Shown here piece by piece: positions 1-9,838 of a stretch of 64,000 nt of DNA. Numbering within the stretch: position 1 is the stretch's first letter; each line of letters begins with the position of its first letter. This stretch comes from Vicinamibacterales bacterium (lineage in GTDB: Bacteria; Acidobacteriota; Vicinamibacteria; Vicinamibacterales; UBA8438), in the NCBI GenBank assembly GCA_965116765.1, contig OZ220718.1, positions 2,333,633 through 2,397,632 of the forward strand, read 5' to 3'. The notes under the pieces are model-generated. The model did not search any database. It was not told where the DNA came from and saw nothing but the letters and a program-made list of their open reading frames with translations. The translations under genes and the position numbers were made by a program.

Positions 1-1
1 G

Positions 2-346
2 CTGCTGGCCGCCATCGGGCTGTTCGGGCTGGCCTCGTACACCGTGACCCGCCGCACCAACGAGATCGGCATCCGCATGGCCCTCGGCGCGCCGTCGACG
101 GGCATCGCCTGGATGGTGCTGCGCGAGTCGCTGGTGCTCGTCGCGGTGGGCGTCGCGGCCGGGATCGGCACGGTGCTGCTGGCCGGCCGCCTCGTGGCGA
201 GCCTGGTCCACGGTCTGGCCCCCACCGACCCCGTCACGATAGTGCAGGCGGCCGTCGTCCTCGCCGGGATCGCGGCGGTGGCCGGCTACCTCCCCGCCCG
301 GCGCGCCGCGCGCGTCGACCCCCTGACCGCGCTCCAGGACGAGTGA
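2..346 (+). CDS. ABC transporter permease, C-terminal FtsX-like domain (ADOP-type), truncated by window edge
   Basis: Frame open from base 2: LLAAIGLFGLASYTVTRRTNEIGIRMALGA...YLPARRAARVDPLTAL, the typical FtsX/MacB C-terminus. Confidence 0.9.
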   Translation: MLAAIGLFGLASYTVTRRTNEIGIRMALGAPSTGIAWMVLRESLVLVAVGVAAGIGTVLLAGRLVASLVHGLAPTDPVTIVQAAVVLAGIAAVAGYLPARRAARVDPLTALQDE

Positions 347-401
347 GCCCGCGGGTCGCCGTCCCCTGAACGGTATCGCGAGGGAGGGCCGTCCCGGCCC
401 C

Positions 402-2259
402 TCACCAACGGAACAGGCGCCCGCCGGCCTCGGCGTAGAGACGCCGCGCGACGTCGGCGGCGACGGTCTTCTCCAGGTACGGGATCGCGATGGTGTAGCC
501 GCCGGGGGCGCCGCCGGCGGTGTCGATGCGGACCGAGGCCATGTGGTGACGGCGGTCGAAGGGCGACTCGCCGAGCCCCACCGTCTGGATGCGGGCGAGG
601 GGCACGATGGCCAGCCTGCGGGTCCACCAGCCCGACCGGAACAGCACCCCCCACGCGGTGACCGCCCACGCGGCGTGCGCCACCCAGCGATGAGCGTGCA
701 GGAAGGCCGCGAGCGCCGCCGGGGGAGCCAGCGCGAGCCCCCACGGGCCCGCGGGCAGGGTGGCGAGCAGGGTCAACGCGGCCGCCACGGCCAGCCCGCG
801 GACGAGGACGCGCCGCCGCGCCCCCGCCGCGAGCCGCCGCCACGTCACGCCGGCGAGATCGACCTCCGGCAGGACCTGCCGCAGGAGATGCGGGACCTGC
901 GCCGTCTCCACCATCGGGGCCAGCCACTGGCTCTCCGCCTTGCCGCCGTCCGACGAGGGGTCGAGGTCGACGTCGTCGTCGGTCGAGGCGCCCCCGCCGA
1001 CCGTGCGCAGCTCGAGCGACTGGCGGCGGAACCAGCGGTGCAGCGGCGACTCGGCCGCCGTCAGCGACTGGATGCGGCGGGTCGGAATGGTGCGGCGGAC
1101 GCGGGTGAACAGGCCGTAGTCGGCGCGCAGGTCCGACCCCCGGCGGGTGAGGGTGAAGCCGTGGAGCTGCAGCAGGAACCAGGCGACCGACAGCACGCGG
1201 AGCAGCACGAACGCCGCCGCCACCAGCGTGACCGCGAGCAGGACCCCGGTCAGGACCGGGTTGGCCATGCGAGGCCCGGTCAGCCACTCGGCCGCCGCCC
1301 CGAGCGGCAGCCGGTCCGCGGCGGAGCGCAGCACCGGCTCGACGAAGTCCCCGTCGGGACGGCCCTGCGCGAGCAGGCCCAGGGCGGCCGCGACCACCAC
1401 CATGCCCTTGTTCGAAATGACGCCCAGCTTCACCAGCTCGCCGGTCGGCACCCGCAGCAGCAGACGGTCGCGGGGGTCTGCGGCGGCCGCGGCCACGCCC
1501 GGCCTGCCCCCCGGCCCACCCGGCGGTCGCGGCCGCCGGCGCGGGCGCTCCCGGCGCTCCGGCGGGCCCTGCGCGAGCAGGCCGGCGGCCCGTGCCCGAT
1601 GACGCCCAGCTTCACCAGCCGCCGGTCGGCACCCGCAGCAGACGGTCGCGGGGGTCAGCGGCGGCCGCGGCCACGCCCGCCTGCCCCCCGGCCCACCCGG
1701 CGGTCGCGGCCGCCGGCGCGGGCGCTCCCGGCGCTCCGGCCGGCCCTTCGGCCCCGTCGATCACCCCCGCCCCGCCGGGCCATGCCGCGGCAACGGCTGC
1801 CCCGCCCGCCCCCGTCCCATCCTCCGCCGCGCGCCGGCCCGCGAACACCCGGCCGTGCATCTCGGCCACCGCGTCGAGCGACAGCACCCGCATCACCGCC
1901 TCGGGCCGCGTGCCGCTGGCCGTCTCGACCCGTACGAGCGCGACCTTGCAGAGGCGGTGCAGGGGGTTCTGCACGAGGTCGATGTTCTGGATGCGCTCGT
2001 AGGGAATGTGACGCTCGGTGCGGGTCAGGATGCCGTCGCGCACCACCATCTCGTCCGCCGCGAGGCGGTAGCGGTAGACCCGGTAGTGGACCACCGCCGC
2101 GACGATCACGGGGCCGATGAACAGCCCTCCCCACAGCTCGTAGCTGCCGCCGCCCGAGGCCACGAGAAGCAGCAGGGCGGGCACGATGAACCCCTTGGCG
2201 AACTGCGCGGCGGTGAAGAGCCAGGACAGCGGATGCAGCCGCCGATCGTCAGACGCCAC
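402..2259 (-). pseudogene. YdbT-like bacterial PH-domain membrane protein, split into two ORFs (1612-2259 and 402-1496) by an internal duplication, possibly an assembly artefact
   Basis: N-part RRLHPLSW...ERHIPYERIQNIDLVQNPLHRL; C-part RRTIPTRRIQSL...VPLARIQTVGLGESPFDRR. Lies directly downstream of a ydbS-like gene. Confidence 0.8.
1361..1740. repeat. Imperfect tandem duplication (~200 bp + ~175 bp) inside the ydbT-like gene
   Basis: ggccctgcgcgagcaggcc...atgacgcccagcttcaccagc...cccggcgctccggc occurs at ~1361-1563 and ~1565-1740. The second copy has many small deletions. Confidence 0.85.
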
Positions 2260-2956
2260 GGCCGCCTCCCGCCTCGATCAGCCGGTCGCGGAGGGCCATC
2301 GCCTCGCGATGCCCGAGGCCGCTCAGGGCGACCGACGCGTCGCGCGTGCCGGCGGTGTGGATGACCAGCGTGGCGAGATCGAAGTAGCGCTCCAACGGTC
2401 CGCGCGACACGTCGGTGTGCTGCACCCGCGAGGTCGGCACCGACGTGACCGTGCGCCAGACGACCCCGCGGCGGATGGTGACGCCGCGGGCGTCGAGGCG
2501 GTAGCGGATGTGCCGGTACCGCACCGCCGGCCACAGCCAACTCGCCGCGGCGCCCGCCGCCGACAGCACCAGCACCGCGGCGCCGAGCCCGGCCGCGGCC
2601 AGCCCGCCCAGCGGCGTCGCGACGGCGGCGACGAGGACCGCGGCGAGCGCGGACGACGCCGCCACCGCCATGCCGATCGCACCGGCGAGCCGCGCCGCGG
2701 TTACCGACGCGGGGTCGAGCGCCTGTTCGCCTTCGCCCATGTCCGCGATGCCGCCGCCGGGAACCGGGGCCGGGTTGCCGTTCGGCACTCGGCCGACCGC
2801 AAGGCCGGGGGGCGGGGCGGCGCCTGTATCGTCAGCCGGGACTGCGCCGGCGACGACGCGGCCGGGGTCGGCGGGCGGCGAAGTCGTGGCGACGTCGGTT
2901 GGGGCGGAGTCCCCGGCGGCCGCCGTTTCAACGCCGGGCTCGGCTTCGAGAGACAT
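2249..2956 (-). CDS. YdbS-like PH-domain membrane protein (true start may be near 2740)
   Basis: Two TM helices, then RYRHIRYRLDARGVTIRRGVVWRTVTSVPTSRVQHTDVSRGPLERYFDLATLVIHTAGT. Overlaps the start of the ydbT-like gene. Confidence 0.85.
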   Translation of the reverse strand: MSLEAEPGVETAAAGDSAPTDVATTSPPADPGRVVAGAVPADDTGAAPPPGLAVGRVPNGNPAPVPGGGIADMGEGEQALDPASVTAARLAGAIGMAVAASSALAAVLVAAVATPLGGLAAAGLGAAVLVLSAAGAAASWLWPAVRYRHIRYRLDARGVTIRRGVVWRTVTSVPTSRVQHTDVSRGPLERYFDLATLVIHTAGTRDASVALSGLGHREAMALRDRLIEAGGGRGV

Positions 2957-3249
2957 GCGATGCAGTCAAGGAACGGGACAGGGCTGGAGCGGGCATCGAA
3001 CGCGGGTCTGCTCGGCGCGAGCAGCTTCACCCCGGTGGACGCGAGCATCACGTGTCATGGGCACAGCCGTCGCAGCGCGCGGTGAAACCGCCATGCCGAA
3101 CCGGACTCAGGCTATCATGGCGGGACGGATGAGAAGAACGCCCGCCCCGCCGGGCGCGGGCCGGCAGGCCGGCCCGAAAACACCTCGTCCCCATCCCGGA
3201 ACCGCGGAGAGATACGCCTTGAGAATCTCGCCCGGATGAACTGGTTCCA

Positions 3250-3372
3250 GTCGAGTCATGCCACTACGAGGCTACCAGCGTCGACGGGAACTTCATCATC
3301 GACACCCACCCGACCTGGAACGTGCGGCTGGCCCGCGGGAGTTCCGCAGAGGCGGGCGAGGCCGACGCGTGA
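3250..3372 (+). pseudogene. Remnant of an FAD-dependent (sarcosine-oxidase-like) oxidoreductase C-terminus
   Basis: Hand translation VESCHYEATSVDGNFIIDTHPTWNVRLARGSSAEA resembles the C-x-Y...D..FIID.HP...V.LA.G.S segment of MSOX/SolA-type enzymes. Confidence 0.5.
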
Positions 3373-3412
3373 TCGGCCACTACGTCGCCCATCGCGTGCT
3401 TGGGGACGGCAG

Positions 3413-4093
3413 ATGACACAGGAAATCGAACCGCGCATGCCATCGGTCCCGAAGTACCCCAGCACGCCGTACTGGCCATGGTCGCCGACCCTCGGTCGGG
3501 GCGACGCGGTACATGCGAATCCCGAGCGCTTCGTGGGAGAAGCAGTGGTCGTGACCGAGAAGCTGGACGGCGGCAATACGCTTCTCCACTCCCGCAAGGT
3601 CTACTCGCGGAGCGTTTCCGCGCCGTCCGACGGCAAGTGGATGGCCATGGTGAAGAAGCACCATGCCTGGAAGGCGACCGAACCGGACCTCTATCTGTAC
3701 GGCGAGGACATCTACGGGGTGCACAGCATCGCCTACGAGCCCGTGGCAGAGCACGGGACCTTCCATGCCTTCGCGCTCCGGAACGGCGACGGCCGGTTCG
3801 GTTCGTTCGCCGAGGTCGAGGAGTACGCGGGTCGCCTGGAGATACCCGTAGTACCGGTTCTGTTCAGAGGTCGCTTCCGGTCGGTGGCCGACATCCGCTC
3901 GTTCGTGGACAGAGCCCACCGCGAACCGTCCGCGCTCGGTGGCGAGCGCGAGGGCGTGGTGTTGCGGCTGGCGCGGGGTTTCCCGGCGACGGAGTTCCCG
4001 GACAACGTCTGCAAGAGCGTCCGCGTCGGCCACGTGCAGACGGACGAACACTGGACCCGCAACTGGCGGCCGTGCCAAATCACACGGGGTTGA
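3413..4093 (+). CDS. Stand-alone ATP-dependent RNA ligase family protein
   Basis: KYPSTPYWPWS N-terminus, motif I TEKLDGGN, III LYGE, IIIa FHAFAL, IV EGVVLR, V CKSVR, and C-terminal HVQTDEHW. Confidence 0.85.
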   Translation: MTQEIEPRMPSVPKYPSTPYWPWSPTLGRGDAVHANPERFVGEAVVVTEKLDGGNTLLHSRKVYSRSVSAPSDGKWMAMVKKHHAWKATEPDLYLYGEDIYGVHSIAYEPVAEHGTFHAFALRNGDGRFGSFAEVEEYAGRLEIPVVPVLFRGRFRSVADIRSFVDRAHREPSALGGEREGVVLRLARGFPATEFPDNVCKSVRVGHVQTDEHWTRNWRPCQITRG

Positions 4094-4382
4094 CGTGCTA
4101 CTGCCCCCGCGGCAGGCGCGAGCCGCGGGGCTTCCCCGGGTCGGTGGCGCGGAATCGAGGCGGAAGGGCCGGACGCGCCCGGATCCTGCGCGCGCTGCAA
4201 GGGACCGCCCCGGGAACGAGCCCCCGCCGATTTGGTGCTCCTGGCAACGCCGCTGCCGAAAAACCGTGTTTTTCCGCAACATGCCTGCCGGTTTTCGTGG
4301 ATTCATGGACGGCGCTCGTCGGAAGGACGGCGGGCCCTGCGGGGCCGGCCGTGGAGCCGAACCCGCCGGGCGCCATCGTTCC

Positions 4383-6742
4383 TCAGCGCGAGAACAGGTA
4401 GGTCATCTTGACGGCGAGCTGGCGGTTGCGGAGCCACGGCGCGTCGTAGTGGCGGTAGATGCCGGGGGTGTACTGCCACATCTCGTCGTACAGCCGCATC
4501 TCGTCGTAGGCGATGTAGATGTCGCTGCCGGGACTGTAGATCCAGTTGAACCGGACGCTGGTGCTGAGCTCCCCGGCCGTCGAGTTGTACTGGGTCAGGG
4601 TGCGCAGGGTCATCTCCGGCGAGAGGGCGAAGTCGAGGCGCAGCGACGAGAGGTCGGCGACGAAGTCGCCCCACGGCAGCTCCACGTCGTTGCGGTCGAA
4701 CCGCAGCTCGGCGGCGATCCGGCTCGTGGCCCGCAGCCCCAGGGTGGCCGTGGTGTTGACGCGGGTGCCGCCGAAGAAGGTCTGCGGCGAGTAGCCCGCC
4801 TCGCCGTAGAGGCGGCGCGACGGGTCGCTGCGATAGCGGTAGTTCCACTCGCCGAAGCGGTACGTGCCGGGCGGAATCGTGACACCCTGGCCGTAGATGG
4901 TGAACGGGATGTCGAGCTGCTCGAAGTGGTCGTTGTACCACACGGTCATCGACGAGCCGTTCTCGAAGTAGGTCCCGATCATGTGGTGGATGCGCCGCGT
5001 CAGCAGCCGGTTGTTCTGATCGGTGGTGTAGGTGATGTTCCACATCGGGTCGAACATGCGGATGCCCCAGCGCCCCGGGCGGGGGTCCCACTCGCCGTGG
5101 AACTTCGAGGTGCGGATGCCGGTGCGGGGCACGAAGCCGACCTCGGCGTTGAAGTTCTCCTGCAGGTCGATGTACTCGGCGTAGACGCTCCACGACGGGC
5201 TCAGCCACGTGCCGCGGGCGTAGGCCGCCATGTCCCGCCCCGGCTCGCCGGGACAGCGGGCCCTCGTCGTGGAGCTCGCCCCGCAGAGCGCGGTCTCCGT
5301 CTTGGCGAGGAACCCGTTGATCGTGAAGTTGCGGTGCACGGCCAGGGTGGTGTCGGCGGCCAGCGTCCGGTTGAAGTGGGCGTCGTTGACGGAGTTCTTG
5401 TCGATGACGATGCCGCCGACCTTCGACCGCGCGAGGATGTCGCGGCTGTAGCGCCCGACGAAGAAGTTGTCGCCGGGGTTGCCGAAGGCCTCCTGCGTGG
5501 TGATGTTCATCGCCGCGATGTTGTGGCGCTCCACCTTGCCCGAGACGCGCGTGCCCCCGACGATGGGGACCGGCTGGCCGCGGTCCGACAGCCCGATGCG
5601 CCGGGTGAAGAAGAGATCCGCGAGGCGGCTGAACCCGAGGACGCTCCGACGTTGAACATGCCGGCGTTCTCGAGGAAGAAGTCGCGCTTCTCGGGGAAGA
5701 ACAGCGGGAACCGGGTCAGGTTGACCTGCTGCTCGTCCACCTCGACCTGCGCGAAGTCGGTGTTGAGGGTGACGTCGAGGTTGAGGCCGGACGCGAGGCC
5801 GTACTTCACGTCGAGACCGAGGTCGCGGAACCCGCTGCCGTCGAGCCCGCCGGCGGCCATCCGGTCCTGCCGTCCCCCCGTCAGCAGATAGGGGGTCACC
5901 CGCAGGTCCATGCCCTGGTCGACGGCGGTGATGCCGGTCATGGTCCCGGCCAGGCTCACCCGGGTCAGGGTGTACTCCTTCGAGATCGGCGACCAGTACA
6001 CCTGCTCGTTCTTCCTGCGGATGTTCCGCATGAAGTTGACGCCCCACACCTGCTCCTCGTTCTCGGGGAAGCGCAGGGTGATCATGGGGATGGCGATCTC
6101 GGCCGTCCACCCCTCGGGGGTGCGGTGGGCCACCACGTCCCACACGCCGTCCCAGTTCACGTTGATGTTCGACGTGTTGGTGCCGCGCCAGCCCCCTTCG
6201 CCCTCCTCCGACACCTGCTGCTCGAGCTTCGCCCCGAGGGGGCTCGTCACGAACATGTAGCCGGACCGGCGGTCGTGGAAGGTGTCGAGAATGACCTGGA
6301 AGTTGTCCTCGTCGAGGAGCCGCAGCGAGTCGCGGCGCATCTCGGTCGCGATGACCGCCTCGGGGACCGAGTCGAAGGCCTCGACGCCGATGTACAGCGC
6401 CTGCGCGTCGTAGAGCAGGCGCACTACCGTGCGCTCGGTGGCCGGCTCGCCCTCGGCCGGCTCCTGCTGCACGAAGTCGTCGACGACGGCGGCCGAGAGC
6501 CAGACCTCCTCGTCGAGCCGGCCGTCCACGACCGGGGGCCGGTCGACGCGCCGCGGCTCCACCCGCAGCGACTGGCCCAGGGAGAAGCCGGCCTGCGGGG
6601 CGCCGCTCCCTTCGAGGACCAGCGGCTGACCGCCGGCCTGGGGGCCGTCGCCGTCCTCCGCCGGGGCCGCCGACTGGGCGATGGCGGGTACCGCGGCACC
6701 GACCAGGCAGAGTCCCGACACCAGTAACCAAGCTGTACGCAT
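4383..6742 (-). pseudogene. DUF5916/CBM9-like-domain outer-membrane protein with a single frameshift at ~5635
   Basis: Signal peptide, PVVDGRLDEEVW, WTAEIAIP, NTDFAQVEVD...NLTRFPLFFPEKRDFFLE (5507-6742) continues in another frame as FSRLADLFFTRRIG...KMTYLFSR. One extra G in the run at 5634-5636 restores the frame. Confidence 0.85.
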
Positions 6743-6777
6743 GTTGGGGCTATTATAGCCGCGCGAAAGGAGAACCC

Positions 6778-7248
6778 ATGAAGGAACGCCTGCTCGGCGC
6801 GCTGAACGAGGCGCAGGAGTACTTCGACCGCAGCACCCGCGCCCTGACCGAGGACGACTCGGGATACGCTCCCGCGGAGGGCACGTTCACCGCGGCCCAG
6901 CACGTGGCGCACGCCGCCCAGACCATCGACTGGTTCGTCGAGGGCGCGTTCAGCCCGGCCGGGTTCAGCCTGGAGTTCGAGGCGCTCGATCGAAAGGTGC
7001 GCGAGGTGACGTCGCTCGCCGACGCCCGCGCGTGGTTCGCGCGAGCGGTCGAGCAGGCCCGGCAGGTGATCGAATCGACGTCGGACGACGACTGGAGCCG
7101 CCCGCTGCCGGCCGGCCCCATCCTCGGCGGCCAGCCGCGCGCAGCGATCTTCGGGGCGATTACCGACCACACGGCCCACCACCGGGGCGCGTTGACGGTG
7201 TACGCGCGGCTCCGCGGCAAGACCCCGCCGATGCCCTACATGGAGTGA
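6778..7248 (+). CDS. DinB family protein
   Basis: RBS aaggag; AQHVAH and DHTAHHRGALTVYARLRGKTPP histidine motifs. Confidence 0.9.
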   Translation: MKERLLGALNEAQEYFDRSTRALTEDDSGYAPAEGTFTAAQHVAHAAQTIDWFVEGAFSPAGFSLEFEALDRKVREVTSLADARAWFARAVEQARQVIESTSDDDWSRPLPAGPILGGQPRAAIFGAITDHTAHHRGALTVYARLRGKTPPMPYME

Positions 7249-7260
7249 GCGGACGTCCGG

Positions 7261-7647
7261 CTACCGGCGGGGCCGGTAGGTCCACTTCGTCAGCCGCAGA
7301 GCGCCGCCGGCGCCGTCGTGGAACAGCGTGCCGTTCAGACGCGTGACCTCTTCGATGCGCGCCTCGATCCGGAAGTGCCCCTGCTCGGGGTGGGTCGCCT
7401 CGGCGACGAGCTCGAGGGTGTCGGGATCGAACTCGATGACGTCGAACGCCACGGTCGCGGGGTTCAGCATCTCGCCGGTGATGGTGTCGCCGTCGACCTC
7501 GAACCGCACCGTCGAGGCGTCGTAACCGGACTCCGGAATCCACTGGCCAGACCACGTGCCGCGCAGGGCGTCGTTCTGCGCGAGGGCCGGCAGGGTCACC
7601 AGGAACGCTCCCAGCAGGAACCAGGCTCGGGTGGCTGTCATGGCCAT
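7261..7647 (-). CDS. Small secreted hypothetical protein
   Basis: RBS ggagg, signal peptide MAMTATRAWFLLGAFLVTLPALAQ, beta-rich mature part (GTWSGQW). Confidence 0.7.
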   Translation of the reverse strand: MAMTATRAWFLLGAFLVTLPALAQNDALRGTWSGQWIPESGYDASTVRFEVDGDTITGEMLNPATVAFDVIEFDPDTLELVAEATHPEQGHFRIEARIEEVTRLNGTLFHDGAGGALRLTKWTYRPRR

Positions 7648-8178
7648 CTCCTCCCACGATGACGCGCTCAGGACACACCGCGGGCGCGTTGCAGACGGCA
7701 ACGCCGCTCGCCGATCGAGGCAGAGCACCTCGCGGTGCGCCCGCGCTTCCGAGTTGCAGGTGACGGCGGCCGGCCGGCCGCCGTCCGATCCAAACCGCAG
7801 ACCCCCGCTGAGGTCCCGGGCCGCGGCGGGTGCCGGCGGCCGGATCAGGAAGGCGGTGGACCCGCCTTCACGAAGAGTCTACGAAAAACCGGTCGGAGCG
7901 TAAAGATCCCGCGCCGGCGCGGCGGACGTGGCGAATCGACCGCATATCTCCTACACTCAAGGCGGCGGAGCGACGAGAACGAGGGGCCCCGTCGCCGACG
8001 TCCGCGATGAACGAGATGTCCACCGCCGGCCGGCCGGCGACGATGCCCGCGCCGGGGTGTGACCGGCGAGGAGCACGACGGAACCGGCCGGAGCCTGCCG
8101 GCGGCCCCCTCGCGGGCCGGCAACGGCCCCAAGTGGGAAACAAGTGGGAAAGACCCCGATGCGGATGAGGTAGCGACC

Positions 8179-8748
8179 ATGCCAGCCCCCAGCCCGTTTG
8201 CCGCCGCCGGTCTCGCCCTCGCCGCCGGCCTGCTCGCCGCGTCCGCCGCGGGACAGCCGCGCGTCCACGAGATACGCGTCGAGAGCCCCGCCATGGCCTC
8301 GGGCGAGACGATGCCGCGGCGGTACACGCCGGACGGACACAACGTGTCGCCGCCCATCACGTGGAGCGGCCTGCCGGAGGGCACCCGCGAGATCGCGGTG
8401 GTCTGCGCCGACTTCGGGGCCGGGAGCCCGCCGCCGTGGGTGCACTGGATCGTCTACGGCATTCCCGCCACCGCCGGCGGGCTGCCCGAGGGGCTGCCGA
8501 TCCTGCCGGAGACGCCGATGCCCGCGGAGCTGGACGGGGCCATCCAGGGGCTGAACGGGTGGCGGCGGCCCTACTATCGGGGGCCGGCGCCGCCGGCCGG
8601 CACGCCGCACCTCTATCACTTCACGGTGTACGCGCTCGACGAGGCCCTGGGGCTCGAGCCGGGCCTCACGCGCCGGAAGCTGCTCGAGGCCATGGAGGGC
8701 CACGTCATCGGGCGGGGCGACCTCGTGCCGGTCTACGAGCGCTTCTAG
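8179..8748 (+). CDS. YbhB/YbcL (PEBP/RKIP-like) protein, exported
   Basis: YTPDGHNVSPPITWSGLP, WVHWIVYGIP, YRGPAPPAGTPHLYHFTVYALD; signal peptide. Confidence 0.9.
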   Translation: MPAPSPFAAAGLALAAGLLAASAAGQPRVHEIRVESPAMASGETMPRRYTPDGHNVSPPITWSGLPEGTREIAVVCADFGAGSPPPWVHWIVYGIPATAGGLPEGLPILPETPMPAELDGAIQGLNGWRRPYYRGPAPPAGTPHLYHFTVYALDEALGLEPGLTRRKLLEAMEGHVIGRGDLVPVYERF

Positions 8749-8855
8749 CGTCCTGAACCGTGGTTCACGGAACGACTCTAGGCGGCAGTTCTCCAGTGTT
8801 CACGGGCACTTGCAGCGATCCAGAGCTTTCGCGAACTTCACGGCCGGGACACCGG
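8745..8855. mobile_element. Putative ~105-bp MITE
   Basis: Starts ctag-cgtcctgaaccgtg at the ybhB-like stop codon and ends cacggccgggacac-cgg (imperfect terminal inverted repeats). Lower GC than the flanks. Confidence 0.4.
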
Positions 8856-9030
8856 CAGCCCGTGGCGGACCCCGCGCCGCGCCCGGGGGGCACAAGCAAA
8901 GGCCGGGACGCCCGCCTGACAGGACGCGAGGAGGGCACGCATTGGGGCATGAGCAACCGGCGAACAACGCAATCCAGGGCAGTTGCGCCGCCGTTCGAAT
9001 GCAACCGGGCCCTTCGCCGCGGGCCGCCGG
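8852..9030. mobile_element. Putative ~180-bp MITE with 18-bp imperfect TIRs
   Basis: Left ccggcagcccgtggcgga (8852-8869) vs reverse complement of 9013-9030, ccggcggcccgcggcgaa: 15/18 match. Non-coding. Confidence 0.55.
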
Positions 9031-9079
9031 CAAGCCCGGACGAACCGTCCATCCGGAAGTGACAAGAGAGGAGCGACCG

Positions 9080-9838
9080 ATGAAGAACGAGGGTCCACAG
9101 CTCATCTCCCGGCGCGCCCTGCTGCGCCGCGCCGGCGCGGCGGCGGCCGGCGCGGCGGCCGGTACGGGCGTGCCGGCCGCGGCGGAGACGCCCGCGGAAA
9201 CCGCCGCGACGACGCCGGCCGCACCGGCCCCGGGGGCTTCCCAGGCCCCCGCGCCGGAGCCGCCCCGCGCCGCCTGGGAGCAGTTGACGGCCGAGGAGGC
9301 GGATCTGCTCGAGGCCATCGCCGACCAGCTGATCCCGAGCGACGAGCTCGGACCGGGCGCGGTGGCGGCGGGCGCGGTGGTCTACATCGATCGGGCCCTC
9401 GGCGGCGCGCTGTCCGAATCGCGCGACGCCTACCGCGCCGGCCTCGCCGCCTTCGACCGCTACTGCCGGGCCTCGCGCGGCGCCCCGTTCCGCGAGCTCC
9501 CGCACGTGGACCAGGTCTCGGCCCTCATCGACGTCGAGACGGGCGCCGCGACCGGCGCGCGCACCGGGTTTGCGGGCAGCTCCGCCGCGTTCTTCGGCAT
9601 GGTGCGCGGCCACGTGCTGCAGGGCACCTTCGGCGACCCGTACTACGGCGGCAACCGCGACTACGTGGGGTGGAACCTCATCGACTATCCCGGCGTGCGG
9701 ACGGCGGTCTGGCCCCGGCTGCAGTCGCAGCTCGAGGCCGGGGAGCTCGAGCCGACCCGCCGCTCCGCCTACGACACCGAGTACTTCGACAAGGCGGTGG
9801 TCGACGCCGCGACCGGGGAGACGCGCCATGGCGACTAG
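9080..9838 (+). CDS. Gluconate 2-dehydrogenase subunit 3 (gamma) family protein with Tat signal
   Basis: SRRALL Tat motif; LIPSDELGPGA, YIDRAL, GTFGDPYYGGNRDYVGWNLIDYPG. Confidence 0.9.
   Translation: MKNEGPQLISRRALLRRAGAAAAGAAAGTGVPAAAETPAETAATTPAAPAPGASQAPAPEPPRAAWEQLTAEEADLLEAIADQLIPSDELGPGAVAAGAVVYIDRALGGALSESRDAYRAGLAAFDRYCRASRGAPFRELPHVDQVSALIDVETGAATGARTGFAGSSAAFFGMVRGHVLQGTFGDPYYGGNRDYVGWNLIDYPGVRTAVWPRLQSQLEAGELEPTRRSAYDTEYFDKAVVDAATGETRHGD

Noticed and set aside
4200-4317. Possible MITE with AT-rich palindrome gaaaaaccgtgtttttc
   Set aside because: Terminal repeats are too degenerate and there is no second copy in the window.
5620-5660. Programmed frameshift in the DUF5916 gene
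   Set aside because: No slippery heptamer; a single-base homopolymer loss explains it.
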